Shown here in pieces: positions 19,445 to 29,341 of a DNA stretch of 64,000 bases. Both the position numbers and the translations under genes were made by a program. Numbering within the stretch: position 1 is the stretch's first letter; the number at the start of each line of letters is the position of its first letter. A model generated the notes under the pieces. That model worked only from the letters and a program-made list of their open reading frames with translations, had not been told where the DNA came from and made no database searches. The stretch lies in sequence record LR588166.1. One strand, written 5' to 3'.

Positions 19445-19798
19445 ATGATCGTCAGCGAGATTATATATTCTATTTTCATAGCTGCATTAATAACAGTTAT
19501 GACTATACTATATATAAGTCTCAGAATAATAACATGTAAGATATTAAATAAGTCATTAAAGATTTCAGCTAATGTAATTATATATGGTACCTCTAATATA
19601 GAATATGTATATATTCCTGAAATAAAATATAAATTTCTTTCTTTTAAAATAACACATTCTGGTTTAGTTATGTTTGACAGAGAGTTTGGATTTAGGACAC
19701 TAAACGATGCCATAAATGCATTAAATATGTATGTAGACACCGATATTATAAAAATAGTATATAAAAAGGTACCCACATTTTATACTTGGCACGAATAA
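19445..19798 (+). CDS. Membrane-anchored hypothetical protein
   Basis: N-terminal TM segment, ATG 19445. Confidence 0.6.
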   Translation: MIVSEIIYSIFIAALITVMTILYISLRIITCKILNKSLKISANVIIYGTSNIEYVYIPEIKYKFLSFKITHSGLVMFDREFGFRTLNDAINALNMYVDTDIIKIVYKKVPTFYTWHE

Positions 19799-21294
19799 TG
19801 GATAATTTTGATATAGAATTAAAAGAACTCATAAAAAATACAAATCCTAACGCATTAGGAAATGTAGTAAAAAGTAAAAAAGAAATATATGAGGAATTAG
19901 TTCGTCGAACTAATTCCTTTCTTCGTGACGACGTTTCTGTAACAGAAAGGATTCATATATACTTAAATCCGGCTGATAATGTTTACTGTAAGTATGATAA
20001 CAAACGGACACTAAAGCGAAATAAAGATACAAAACAAACCCAATACGGATTTTGCGGAAATAAAAGTAAATGTAAATGTCATATGGAATGGTCTTTAAAA
20101 AATCATCCAGGCATGACACAATCCGGAAAAGAAAGTATGAAAACAAAGAGGATAAAAACTTGGATAGAAAAATACGGTGTCGATAATCCATCTAAGTCAA
20201 AAGATATTATTGCAAAACAGCAATTAAGTAAAAAACATATAAAGCCAGATCATAGAACTATAAAGGAACTGGGATATAAAAAAGTAGTAGAACGACTTTC
20301 TAACATACTCACCCCTACGTTTAGTATAGACGAGTACGAAGGGTGCTTTAGAAAAAATGTGTATGACTGGGTATGCAATGCATGCGGAAATATAGTTATC
20401 GGACACGTAGATTATGGGTCTACTCCGAGGTGCAATGTTTGTAATCCTATAACAAAGTCTGCCGGCGAGAATGAAATATCTAACTATATAGTATCGCTAG
20501 GATTTGATGTGATTAACAATGACCGAACTATATTATCTAACAAAGAATTAGATATAGTAATTAAAGGTACAAACATAGCAATAGAATATAATGGTTGTTA
20601 TTGGCATTCTACAAAACACAGAAAAAAATCATATCATGTAGATAAATTTATAGAATGCAGAGATAAAGGAATAAAGTTAATACAAATTTTAGATGTAGAT
20701 TGGATATCAAAACAAGACATAATAAAATCAAGGTTAAAATCTATTTTAGGTTGTAGTGATAGAATATATGCAAGGAATACAACTATAAAAGAAATAACAT
20801 TTAAAGAATCTTTAACTTTTTTAGAAGAAACTCACATCCAAGGTTCTTGTCAATCATCTGTAAGACTAGGCCTATACGACAGTGAGAATATGTTAGTAGC
20901 AGTAATGACATTTGGGAAATCTAGATATACAAAAGAGGAATATGAATTACTTAGATATGCTAGCAAAAATACTGTTGTAGGAGGAGCCAGCAAACTTCTT
21001 AAATATTTCATAAAAACATATTCCCCTAAATCTATTATTACATATGCAGACAGGTGTTGGTCAGATGGAAATTTATATAAACAGCTCGGGTTTACAAATG
21101 TAACTAAGAATGACAGAAATACAGGATATTGGTATATAAAAGACAACATAAAATATCATAGATCTAATTTCATAAAATCTAAGATTTCTAATAAAAATAA
21201 TTTACATCTAAGCGAATCAGAAATAATGGATAGTTTAGGTTATTTAAAATATTACGATTGCGGCAATTACAAATATACATTGCAGGTACGCTAG
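19798..21294 (+). CDS. Putative homing endonuclease, paralog of 2270..3952
   Basis: CxxC motifs, ELDIVIKGTNIAIEYNGCYWHS, RIYARNTTIKE, VVGGASKLLK, ITYADRCWSDGNLY and DCGN all match the first copy. Confidence 0.8.
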   Translation: MDNFDIELKELIKNTNPNALGNVVKSKKEIYEELVRRTNSFLRDDVSVTERIHIYLNPADNVYCKYDNKRTLKRNKDTKQTQYGFCGNKSKCKCHMEWSLKNHPGMTQSGKESMKTKRIKTWIEKYGVDNPSKSKDIIAKQQLSKKHIKPDHRTIKELGYKKVVERLSNILTPTFSIDEYEGCFRKNVYDWVCNACGNIVIGHVDYGSTPRCNVCNPITKSAGENEISNYIVSLGFDVINNDRTILSNKELDIVIKGTNIAIEYNGCYWHSTKHRKKSYHVDKFIECRDKGIKLIQILDVDWISKQDIIKSRLKSILGCSDRIYARNTTIKEITFKESLTFLEETHIQGSCQSSVRLGLYDSENMLVAVMTFGKSRYTKEEYELLRYASKNTVVGGASKLLKYFIKTYSPKSIITYADRCWSDGNLYKQLGFTNVTKNDRNTGYWYIKDNIKYHRSNFIKSKISNKNNLHLSESEIMDSLGYLKYYDCGNYKYTLQVR

Positions 21295-21308
21295 CATAAT
21301 GTTATACT
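21280..21308 (+). promoter_or_regulatory. Sigma70-type promoter for the VWA gene, overlapping the end of the endonuclease ORF
   Basis: TTGCAG-17 nt-TATACT with TG extension. Confidence 0.65.
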
Positions 21309-21349
21309 TGTAACGTAACACAAAACATATCATTTTAACGGAGCATTAT

Positions 21350-22534
21350 ATGTCCACTAAAACCCTAGAAGAACGCATCATCCGCGCCCGTGTTCAGTTG
21401 CTGTTGAACCATCCGTTTTTCGGGACCTTGGCGCTGCGCCTTAAACTAGTCGAGGCGAACGACTGGTGCCCTACTGCCGGTACTGATGGACGCCATCTTT
21501 ATTATAATACCAAGTTCCTCGAAGACTTGGACGATAAGGAACTTATCTTCCTCATCGGTCATGAGGTAATGCACGTCGTCTACGACCACATGGGGCGGCG
21601 CGGCAGCAGAGAGCCTAAACTGTGGAACTGTGCTGCCGACTTTGTTATCAACCTCGAATTGCACGATATGAAGATCGGCAAGCTTATCCACCGTCCGGGT
21701 ACTTGCGAGCCGTGCTTTGATGAAAAGTACCGCGGAATGTCCGCTGACCAGATCTATGAACTAATTAAGAAAGACCCGTCACTAAAAGATAAAGATAGCT
21801 TCGACGTTCACCTCGAACCCGGTGGTGCCGGGAATGAAGACGGCGATGCCTCTGGCAAATCCGGTCCTATCCCTATGTCTGCAGATGAGCAAGCTGCTCT
21901 TCGGGACGAGATCACTGAAGCTGTTCTTCAGGCTGCTAAAGCTGCTGGCGTCGGCAACACTCCGGCAGGTGTGCGTCAGATGATCAGTGACATCACTGAA
22001 CCTAAACTAGATTGGCGCGAATTGCTAAACCAGACTATTCCGTCGCACATTAAATCCGACTATATGTGGACTCGTCCGTCGCGGAAGAGTTGGGGAACTG
22101 GTGCTACTCTGCCGGGTCAGATTGTCGATGACAAGATCGATGTTATCCTAGCACTAGACGCCTCTGGTTCGATTAGCTCTTCTCAGCTAAGGGATTTCTT
22201 AGGAGAAGTGCTAGGAATTATGGAACAGTTTAGTGACTTTTCCATACAAGTGCTAACGTTTGATACTAGAGTGTATGAATTCCGAAAATATACTCCCGAC
22301 AATGCAGACGAAATCTATGAGTATCCCCTTAAAGGCGGCGGCGGTACCGATTTTGTGGCTGTGTTTAACTTCCTTAAGGATACGCTCACTGAACCGCCAC
22401 ATCAGCTAGTATTCTTCACTGACATGGAAGTGTATGACTACGGCGATCCTAACTATTGCGATACTGTGTTTATAAACCACGGTCGCAAAGGTGTAACTGC
22501 ACCGTTTGGTATCACCATCGACTACGACGAATAA
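21350..22534 (+). CDS. VWA-domain protein with an N-terminal HExxH metallopeptidase-like domain (MoxR partner, DUF2201-like)
   Basis: TAGTDG, GHEVMH, WNCAADFVIN, MIDAS-like DASGS and GGGGTDF. GC-rich codons. Confidence 0.88.
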   Translation: MSTKTLEERIIRARVQLLLNHPFFGTLALRLKLVEANDWCPTAGTDGRHLYYNTKFLEDLDDKELIFLIGHEVMHVVYDHMGRRGSREPKLWNCAADFVINLELHDMKIGKLIHRPGTCEPCFDEKYRGMSADQIYELIKKDPSLKDKDSFDVHLEPGGAGNEDGDASGKSGPIPMSADEQAALRDEITEAVLQAAKAAGVGNTPAGVRQMISDITEPKLDWRELLNQTIPSHIKSDYMWTRPSRKSWGTGATLPGQIVDDKIDVILALDASGSISSSQLRDFLGEVLGIMEQFSDFSIQVLTFDTRVYEFRKYTPDNADEIYEYPLKGGGGTDFVAVFNFLKDTLTEPPHQLVFFTDMEVYDYGDPNYCDTVFINHGRKGVTAPFGITIDYDE

Positions 22535-22545
22535 TCGTAGGTTAA

Positions 22546-22579
22546 AACAAAAAAGGGGCTTATAAGCCCCTTTTTTGTT
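22546..22579. terminator. Bidirectional terminator
   Basis: AACAAAAAAGGGGC-ttataa-GCCCCTTTTTTGTT. Confidence 0.85.
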
Positions 22580-22580
22580 G

Positions 22581-22739
22581 ACTAGTTTTAGCTACTTAAA
22601 GCGCTGTAGCATAGCTGTATACAAGCGCTAAATTAGCGCAAATTTGCGTGTTTTTATGCTTTACAATACATAGCTAATACTACGCATGCAAAACGCGCTA
22701 TAGCGCAAATTTGCGTGTTTTAAGCACATCTACTATACT
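22581..22739 (+). promoter_or_regulatory. GA/TC/GG/CC-free tract with a 21-bp direct repeat and a promoter
   Basis: No GA, TC, GG or CC in 22581-22729. TAGCGCAAATTTGCGTGTTTT at 22634 and 22701. TTGCGT-17-TATACT at 22711-22739. Confidence 0.8.
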
Positions 22740-23113
22740 TTTTATTTTGCATTGTATTTAATGCACAAGGACAGTATTGTATGCTTGTTTGTGTCAAATA
22801 AGACAATTAAATGTTATGTTACATTATCTTCCAGTTATACTATTCGTTTATTTTATAGGAAACATATTATCATTGTTTTTATATAATGTAGTATCATACA
22901 GCACACTATTTCCATATAGTATGTTACACAAACAAAACCACAAGCAAACTCTGTTTCATAAATTTATAAAAATGTGGTGGTTTTCTTACTTAAATGTTAT
23001 TGTACTCAGTTGTGCTTGCATATATGTAATAGGCAAAAAATATATAAAGAGAATTTGAAATATTATAAAGATTTTATTAAGATTATGATAAATTTAATAT
23101 AGAACTAATTTAT

Positions 23114-23144
23114 AAAATAAAAGGGCGTTAAGCCCTTTTATTTT
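23114..23144. terminator. Bidirectional terminator between convergent units
   Basis: AAAATAAAAGGGC-gttaa-GCCCTTTTATTTT. Confidence 0.8.
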
Positions 23145-23150
23145 AATCAA

Positions 23151-23471
23151 TTATTCTATTTTTGCATGAATAGTACATAGCATATTGTGATATGCTTCTT
23201 GGTATTCAGATTCTAGTTTAATCATATCTAAGTAGATAAAAATAGCCTCTATTTTGCCTAACTTAGACAACCGTTCATCTTTTTTGCTCTTAATTAGATT
23301 TCCTATAAACTGTCTGTCAAATTTATTAACAGAACCGTTTTCACAAATAACTTCTACATAATCTACATAAGAAAGATGTAAATCGTCTAAGCTTATGCTA
23401 GGCAGAAATTCTTCTATATCAAACGAAATCCCCTCTTGTTCGGGGAGTTTTTTAAGATAGATTTTGGCCAT
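23151..23471 (-). CDS. Hypothetical protein
   Basis: GGAG RBS on the minus strand. Confidence 0.7.
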   Translation of the reverse strand: MAKIYLKKLPEQEGISFDIEEFLPSISLDDLHLSYVDYVEVICENGSVNKFDRQFIGNLIKSKKDERLSKLGKIEAIFIYLDMIKLESEYQEAYHNMLCTIHAKIE

Positions 23472-23637
23472 ATATGCTACTCCGTTCTATGCATATAGAT
23501 ATTTAGCAATTATACAAAAATGCATAGTTTTAATAGCACACACAAACACGATGCAGCGTATTAGTTAGTTTTATTACCAAGCAAAATTGTGCATTTTTTG
23601 CCCAAAAAAACAGCCCTAGCTAGGGCTGTTTTGTTAG

Positions 23638-23877
23638 TTAAAGCTTTTCTAAAACAAGTGTTAGCGCATCTTCTCCTATATTAAAGTGCTGTGTCGCACT
23701 AACATGACAAAACTTGCCATATATATCTAATGCAGATATTACAACATCTTCAATAACTTTTTCTATCATTTCACTAGTATCTTTACATCTACATTTTAGT
23801 GTAATGTTATCCATAGTTTCTTCAATGGATATAATATTAATGCCCTTTACTTCTAAAGCTTCTTTTATTTCTTGCAT
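23638..23877 (-). CDS. Hypothetical protein
   Basis: ATG at 23877 follows the upstream stop, terminator hairpin at ~23604-23632. Confidence 0.6.
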   Translation of the reverse strand: MQEIKEALEVKGINIISIEETMDNITLKCRCKDTSEMIEKVIEDVVISALDIYGKFCHVSATQHFNIGEDALTLVLEKL

Positions 23878-23878
23878 T

Positions 23879-24619
23879 TTACTCCGCGCGAGTGGAATCG
23901 CGCTCAAGTTTTTGAGAAACCTTAAGTTCTAATTCCTCAACGGCCTTAGCTTTGCTTTCTTCTAGTAAAGCTCTAGCCTTTTCTTCTTCTCGTTTCTGCC
24001 TAGCTTCCCTGCGCTTTTCCTTACGTTTTTCTAGGCGCTCTTTGTAACGTTCTTCCAGTTCTTCTTCTGTAAGTTCGCGCTGGCGCCCTGGCGCTGGTTT
24101 TAGTTCAGGACATAAAGAATATGCAAGCTCTAACTTTGCATCAGCCTCTTCTTTAAGCAACCGTGCTTGAACTATAAGACCTTCTGCTCGTTGTTTATCA
24201 GTAATAGATTCTTCAACTACAGGTACTGATGCAGTTTCTGTATGTACAGGGTCGGCACCTGCTAATGCAGCTTCACGTATCTGAGAATTAATAAGTTCTA
24301 AAGCAACATTAGTACCTGGGTACGGTTGCATAAAAACCTGTCTAACTTCCACTTTGCGTAAAAAAGACCGATCATGCATTGTACGAAGTGCAGGCAATCC
24401 GTCACCTAAAAGTTTATTATTCAGGACAGTATACAAATCGACAGAATTTTGTCCTTCTCTACTTTCAACTATAGTTTTTAGGTTATCTTGGTACATGTCT
24501 GGTAGTCTATCTATTTCAACTACTAAACAATGAGTAGGATCATCGGGTAATTCCCGGAACACGACATACACACGTGTTCCGGTATTAGCGATTTTCCCTA
24601 TGTGGCGCTTAAGACTCAT
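23879..24619 (-). CDS. Hypothetical protein with a charged coiled-coil C-terminus
   Basis: 246-aa ORF, GGAG RBS. Confidence 0.8.
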   Translation of the reverse strand: MSLKRHIGKIANTGTRVYVVFRELPDDPTHCLVVEIDRLPDMYQDNLKTIVESREGQNSVDLYTVLNNKLLGDGLPALRTMHDRSFLRKVEVRQVFMQPYPGTNVALELINSQIREAALAGADPVHTETASVPVVEESITDKQRAEGLIVQARLLKEEADAKLELAYSLCPELKPAPGRQRELTEEELEERYKERLEKRKEKRREARQKREEEKARALLEESKAKAVEELELKVSQKLERDSTRAE

Positions 24620-24636
24620 TAGGAAATCTCCGTGTA

Positions 24637-24909
24637 TTATTTGGCTTCAGTTTCAGCTTCTTGCTCTTCTTGTTTAGGTTCAATTGCTGATACAAAAGAT
24701 TTAACTTTACTAAACACTCCACCGACGCTGGCCATTTCTTCTGCGCGGAATGCTCCGCGTTGGCATGCAACATCAACTATGGTTAGTAAATCTTTAATGT
24801 CTTGTACACCTAGACGAGGTTCTTCGCTTGCTTGTTCAGTCATATTCTCTTGATCTACAACTTCTTTTTCTACAACTTCTTTTTCTACAGCTTTAGCTTT
24901 CTTAGCCAT
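24637..24909 (-). CDS. Hypothetical acidic protein
   Basis: GGAG RBS, overlaps the end of the HNH gene. Confidence 0.75.
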   Translation of the reverse strand: MAKKAKAVEKEVVEKEVVDQENMTEQASEEPRLGVQDIKDLLTIVDVACQRGAFRAEEMASVGGVFSKVKSFVSAIEPKQEEQEAETEAK

Positions 24910-25504
24910 TTAACATTTCTCCGTAATTGTGTGTCGGGCTCGATTCAATTTCTGATATACATTTTTTATCAGTAATAATTATTAAGTTTGAATCCCATGG
25001 CAAATAAAATTTCCAATCACTATCTCTTATTAAAATAGGTAATTGTTGCCTACGAGAAACAAGTTCATAATAAGTAGGTCTATGTGGCATTTTAATGGGA
25101 ATAATATTCTTGTTATCGCCTTTTTTGTTATTACAAACTTTACATGCAGTGCATATATTAGTCCAATTTGTCTTACCACCGTATCTCTTAGGTAAAACAT
25201 GATCTAGTGTTAGCTGTTTAACAGGAAACGTTCTAAAACAAAACTGACACTGATAGTTATCCCTTAAATATACGTTGTTTCTGGAAAACTTTGTTTTATG
25301 ATTCCATTTAATGTATTCAGTTGACATTACAATAGACGGAACCTTCATAGTAATACTGGGAGAATTAACTTCCCAATTGTCGTAATTTTTTAAAATTTCG
25401 ACCTTGCCAAGCGATACTAATTTAATACTAGTTTGCCAGTCTACAACAGATAATGGTAACATGCATAACGGATTACCGTCTTTGTTAAGTATCAAAGTAT
25501 CCAT
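24902..25504 (-). CDS. HNH endonuclease (McrA/HNH_5-like)
   Basis: RDNYQCQFC, LTLDHVLPK, GGKTNWTN, ACKVCNNKKG. Confidence 0.9.
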   Translation of the reverse strand: MDTLILNKDGNPLCMLPLSVVDWQTSIKLVSLGKVEILKNYDNWEVNSPSITMKVPSIVMSTEYIKWNHKTKFSRNNVYLRDNYQCQFCFRTFPVKQLTLDHVLPKRYGGKTNWTNICTACKVCNNKKGDNKNIIPIKMPHRPTYYELVSRRQQLPILIRDSDWKFYLPWDSNLIIITDKKCISEIESSPTHNYGEMLNG

Positions 25505-25531
25505 TTATAAACTACACAGTTATTTATCTTT

Positions 25532-25774
25532 TTATTTCATGTATTTCTTTAATTCTTCCGGAAAACCTTTTAATGTTACAAACACTTGATCTTCCTGTTT
25601 TTCGAAATCAATGTTATAAAAAATTTCATTTTTTGTAGGTTGTATTTCTTCTAAAATAGTATACTTTCCATCACAATTAGAGTCTAGCCATACACCTAAG
25701 TAAAGCTTAAATACTTCTCCTAACCCGTTAGCAGATCGTTGTACACTAAACCTAGTCATATTAACAAAATCCAC
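25532..25774 (-). CDS. Hypothetical protein
   Basis: Colinear minus-strand ORF. Confidence 0.65.
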   Translation of the reverse strand: MDFVNMTRFSVQRSANGLGEVFKLYLGVWLDSNCDGKYTILEEIQPTKNEIFYNIDFEKQEDQVFVTLKGFPEELKKYMK

Positions 25775-26009
25775 TTAATATTCCTGGGTCTACATATTGT
25801 GAAAAGTATACAGTAGATCTACCATCTTGTATTTTTATATACCAAGGATATTTTATATTGGTACTAATAACTGCAATGAGTTTTTCTACTTCATCCTCAG
25901 AAATATGAACTACATATTTGTTATAAAGTAAATTAGAATATAGAGTAGTGCCTTTTAATGAATAAAATTCGTCTTCTGTTAATCTATATTCTCGCGTGAC
26001 AGAAATCAT
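25761..26009 (-). CDS. Hypothetical protein
   Basis: AAGGAG RBS, GATAAATA upstream. Confidence 0.7.
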   Translation of the reverse strand: MISVTREYRLTEDEFYSLKGTTLYSNLLYNKYVVHISEDEVEKLIAVISTNIKYPWYIKIQDGRSTVYFSQYVDPGILSGFC

Positions 26010-26129
26010 ATACGTTTCTCCTTTTATTAAAGTATTTATCTACGTATATATTTCCTAAGAAGGGAAATAACGCCTTCCCTAGCTAGTGTGCATATTATAT
26101 AACAGCATATTACCGTTGTCAATATATTT

Positions 26130-26555
26130 TTAACTAGTCTTTGTCAGAAGGTAAGTATGTTCATTATTGGTATTTTTGTTTGACTGTATTGTGTAACCAT
26201 ATTGAGTAGCCATTTTTGTTGCGAGTCTATTGTATAATTTAACTCTAGATGGCTCGGATAGATCGGCAGTAAAATATATTTGGTTAGGTTTTAATTCAGA
26301 AATAGCACGTTTGGTAATATCTAATATAGTAGAGAATACTTTAAATTCATTGCCAGTTCCGGTGACAGTAGTATCATAATAATAATCGTCAACATCGACT
26401 TCCTTTGCAGTAAACGATATTAATAGTCTTCCATTAACCATAGTTTCTATGACTCTATATTTCATATTACCAACAATAAAATATGCATTAACGGTTCCAT
26501 TAGTGTTGGTATACTGATATTTTTCAATCTGATCGAATAGTTCAAATAAGTGCAT
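26130..26555 (-). CDS. Hypothetical late protein with an MxLxE-type leader
   Basis: GATAAATA upstream, AAGGA RBS, N-terminus MHLFELFDQIE. Confidence 0.75.
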   Translation of the reverse strand: MHLFELFDQIEKYQYTNTNGTVNAYFIVGNMKYRVIETMVNGRLLISFTAKEVDVDDYYYDTTVTGTGNEFKVFSTILDITKRAISELKPNQIYFTADLSEPSRVKLYNRLATKMATQYGYTIQSNKNTNNEHTYLLTKTS

Positions 26556-26626
26556 AAAAAATAGTCCTTAATATGGATATTTATCTTATATATAAATTAA
26601 AAGGGGAATTAAATTCCCCTTTAGCA

Positions 26627-27373
26627 TTACTTACCTTTTCTTACCAAAATTGACATACAATGTGCTAATTCGTCATAGTAATTTGGAAATAATTGCTTTA
26701 CTTTTTTATGAAAACTCATAGGCATTGTTTTATTTTTATCTGCTATATAGTAATATTCGGGATCAACTTTCATTAATCTAATAGCATCAGTGCCAGTTAA
26801 TTGTATTTTATTCAATAATGTTTCAGTTTCCCTAGATTTAGGCAATTTATTATTACATATTTCAGAAATTACAAGGCAAGGTTTAATGTTATCTATATTG
26901 TTATTTGCTATAAATTCGATAAATTTTGTTCTAAACGAAATTTTAATTAAATGCTCAGGAATAGGTGTATTATATACTATTGAGTTTAAATCTAAATCTG
27001 TTAATATTTTTGCCATACGTTTTATACAGTCTTTAGAATTATAATAAATTACACGATAGTATGGAGTATTATGCCAGACTTGTATATACTTCATTAACAC
27101 TTTGGGGTGAATACTAACAATAGTTTTTAACCGCTCGGTTGGAATAATATCGCCTAATGTGTGTATATGTCTAGCAACAAACTTGTCTGACATTTTAGAA
27201 ACTAATCTAGTTTTTGCTGCTGTAGATGCATCTACAGCAACATGATACAGTAGTTCGTCGTCATCAGAATAATTATTCTCTATTAGTTTTACGATGTTAT
27301 GTTTTTTGCTATTATACGTATTTAATAAGATTTCCTTCAAATCTTCTTTTTCTATATAAATTTTGTTATTCAT
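26627..27373 (-). CDS. Hypothetical protein
   Basis: 248-aa ORF in a coupled operon. Confidence 0.7.
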   Translation of the reverse strand: MNNKIYIEKEDLKEILLNTYNSKKHNIVKLIENNYSDDDELLYHVAVDASTAAKTRLVSKMSDKFVARHIHTLGDIIPTERLKTIVSIHPKVLMKYIQVWHNTPYYRVIYYNSKDCIKRMAKILTDLDLNSIVYNTPIPEHLIKISFRTKFIEFIANNNIDNIKPCLVISEICNNKLPKSRETETLLNKIQLTGTDAIRLMKVDPEYYYIADKNKTMPMSFHKKVKQLFPNYYDELAHCMSILVRKGK

Positions 27374-28325
27374 TTGTTTTTCTTTTTCCTTTGCCTGTAG
27401 ATAAAATATACATAAAATATTCTTCGTTATTTTTTAATTCAGGATACATCTTAAACATTTCTGACCAACTAGTTTTTGTTAATTTTTCGAGATGCTTAGG
27501 TACTATAGGCTTAAAGGTTGTTGTATATTTCTTAGCAAATGCCACTAAGTTAGCACCTGTAAACGGAGTGCCGTGTACAAATTCTTTAGAAGAAAGTTCA
27601 TCCGATATATCGTTTTCGTTAATTTCAAAAAAGTTAACAATATTGTACACATCAGATTTAGAAATGTACTTATTTTTTATTATATCGTTTTTTATTGTAT
27701 CTAAAGTAAATATTTGCTTAAGATCGTTTACTGTATCTAAAGCATATTTAGGACACAATTTATTAGACTTATTAAAGTCAGATACTGTATGTTTAATTGC
27801 TGGCGGCAAATGGTAATAATACGAAAATGAATTATAAGTAAATACGAGATTTGCCATACTACACAGACGTTTAATATGTTTATCTATTACACTGGCATAT
27901 AATTTATCATAATTTTTATATGTTTTTAAATTATGTAAATCAGACACATCTATTTTATTTAAACACAGCATCAATGGAATACAGTCACTGTATCTAGCTG
28001 CCACATTATTTACAATAGGTTTACTGTTGAATTTAGATTTAAACTCATTAATTATTTTTTCATTAAACAAAATAGAAATGTCTTTTATAAGAAATTCATG
28101 CAATGCTCTGCATAACCCATCAAACTGTGTACTATTTTTAAATGCATAAAGACTAGTAGATAAACTATCATTGTTAAAAAACGATGATAATGCATGGTGT
28201 GCATCCGATGAATGCGCTAGCGGTATGTCATATCTAATAGAACTTTCTAATATATATTCTATATCGTTTCGTTCTACCGAATTCCAGTCAATTTGCGATA
28301 ACATTTGTGATACTGATTTTTTCAT
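27366..28325 (-). CDS. Hypothetical protein
   Basis: 319-aa ORF in a coupled operon. Confidence 0.7.
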   Translation of the reverse strand: MKKSVSQMLSQIDWNSVERNDIEYILESSIRYDIPLAHSSDAHHALSSFFNNDSLSTSLYAFKNSTQFDGLCRALHEFLIKDISILFNEKIINEFKSKFNSKPIVNNVAARYSDCIPLMLCLNKIDVSDLHNLKTYKNYDKLYASVIDKHIKRLCSMANLVFTYNSFSYYYHLPPAIKHTVSDFNKSNKLCPKYALDTVNDLKQIFTLDTIKNDIIKNKYISKSDVYNIVNFFEINENDISDELSSKEFVHGTPFTGANLVAFAKKYTTTFKPIVPKHLEKLTKTSWSEMFKMYPELKNNEEYFMYILSTGKGKRKTNE

Positions 28326-29218
28326 TAGTTTCGGGGACCTTTAAGTTTTGCTAGTACATGTTGTTCTGACCCAGCCAAATGAGGGAAGATCTTTATAAGT
28401 TTGTTCCAGTACGAATACGGCAAAAAATCGAGATTTATATAATCTAAATATTTTATAGAATTACTATGCAACCTATTCCTCGAAAGTATAGTCAATATAT
28501 GTCGTCCTGCTATATAAGACCAATCTATATTTTTAAGAAATGTAATACAACTGTCAGTAGACATTGTCTGACCATTTGCTTTATGCATATAGAATAGCGA
28601 AGACATCCTTTCAAAAAGAAACCAGTGATATTGTTTATTTTTAGAAATAGTATCAAACCCTACAAATTTTACATATTCTTCAAAAACAGAATATCTTTTA
28701 CTACAAAAAAAATTAAATACTGTTTTATCCAACAAAACGTTATGTCGTTTTAATTCTTTTAAAATAAGTCTTACTATGTTTAAATCAGGTAAAGATTGTA
28801 TGGTACACAATTGCGTTATTATATCTTTAGATAATGCTTTTCTCGGTTTTAAATTCTTTAAAACAACATAAAATAATTTATGACATGTTATAGGAACTCT
28901 CATAGGAAACATTGAATTTGAAAATTTTCCAATACATTGTCTAACAAGATATAAATCTTCTTTACTTATAGATCTGTTATATTCACTAACAGAAGACGAA
29001 TAATTACTTGATATAAAGTTTATTAATTTGGGACTTTTAATTTCCATAAGAACATTCAATACAGTAGCATTGAACGGTATATATTCAACATCGATAGAAT
29101 TACAGACTGCAATTAGTGCATCTTTAGCCGAATTATTAGCAATTGTTATTTCTTTATTTTTTCTAAATTTAATAAAATATTCTAATTCGCTTAAAGCTTT
29201 AATATAGCTAATATCCAT
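28325..29218 (-). CDS. Hypothetical protein
   Basis: 297-aa ORF in a coupled operon. Confidence 0.7.
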   Translation of the reverse strand: MDISYIKALSELEYFIKFRKNKEITIANNSAKDALIAVCNSIDVEYIPFNATVLNVLMEIKSPKLINFISSNYSSSVSEYNRSISKEDLYLVRQCIGKFSNSMFPMRVPITCHKLFYVVLKNLKPRKALSKDIITQLCTIQSLPDLNIVRLILKELKRHNVLLDKTVFNFFCSKRYSVFEEYVKFVGFDTISKNKQYHWFLFERMSSLFYMHKANGQTMSTDSCITFLKNIDWSYIAGRHILTILSRNRLHSNSIKYLDYINLDFLPYSYWNKLIKIFPHLAGSEQHVLAKLKGPRN

Positions 29219-29307
29219 ACGTATACCGTAAAAATTTTTACCATACTATAAAATATGTATATTCAATAGTCAACTGTGTTTGGTAACAAAATGTGGTAAT
29301 TAGGCAC

Positions 29308-29336
29308 TTGACATTGGTATTGTCTTTTAGTAAACT
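29308..29336 (+). promoter_or_regulatory. Sigma70-type promoter with no ORF downstream
   Basis: TTGACA-17 nt-TAAACT. Confidence 0.7.
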
Positions 29337-29341
29337 GTGCG

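Noticed and set aside
24902-25504. HNH gene as an RNA-guided (IscB/Cas9-like) nuclease
   Set aside because: Only 200 aa with no RuvC motifs and no adjacent structured RNA or array. It looks like an ordinary stand-alone HNH.
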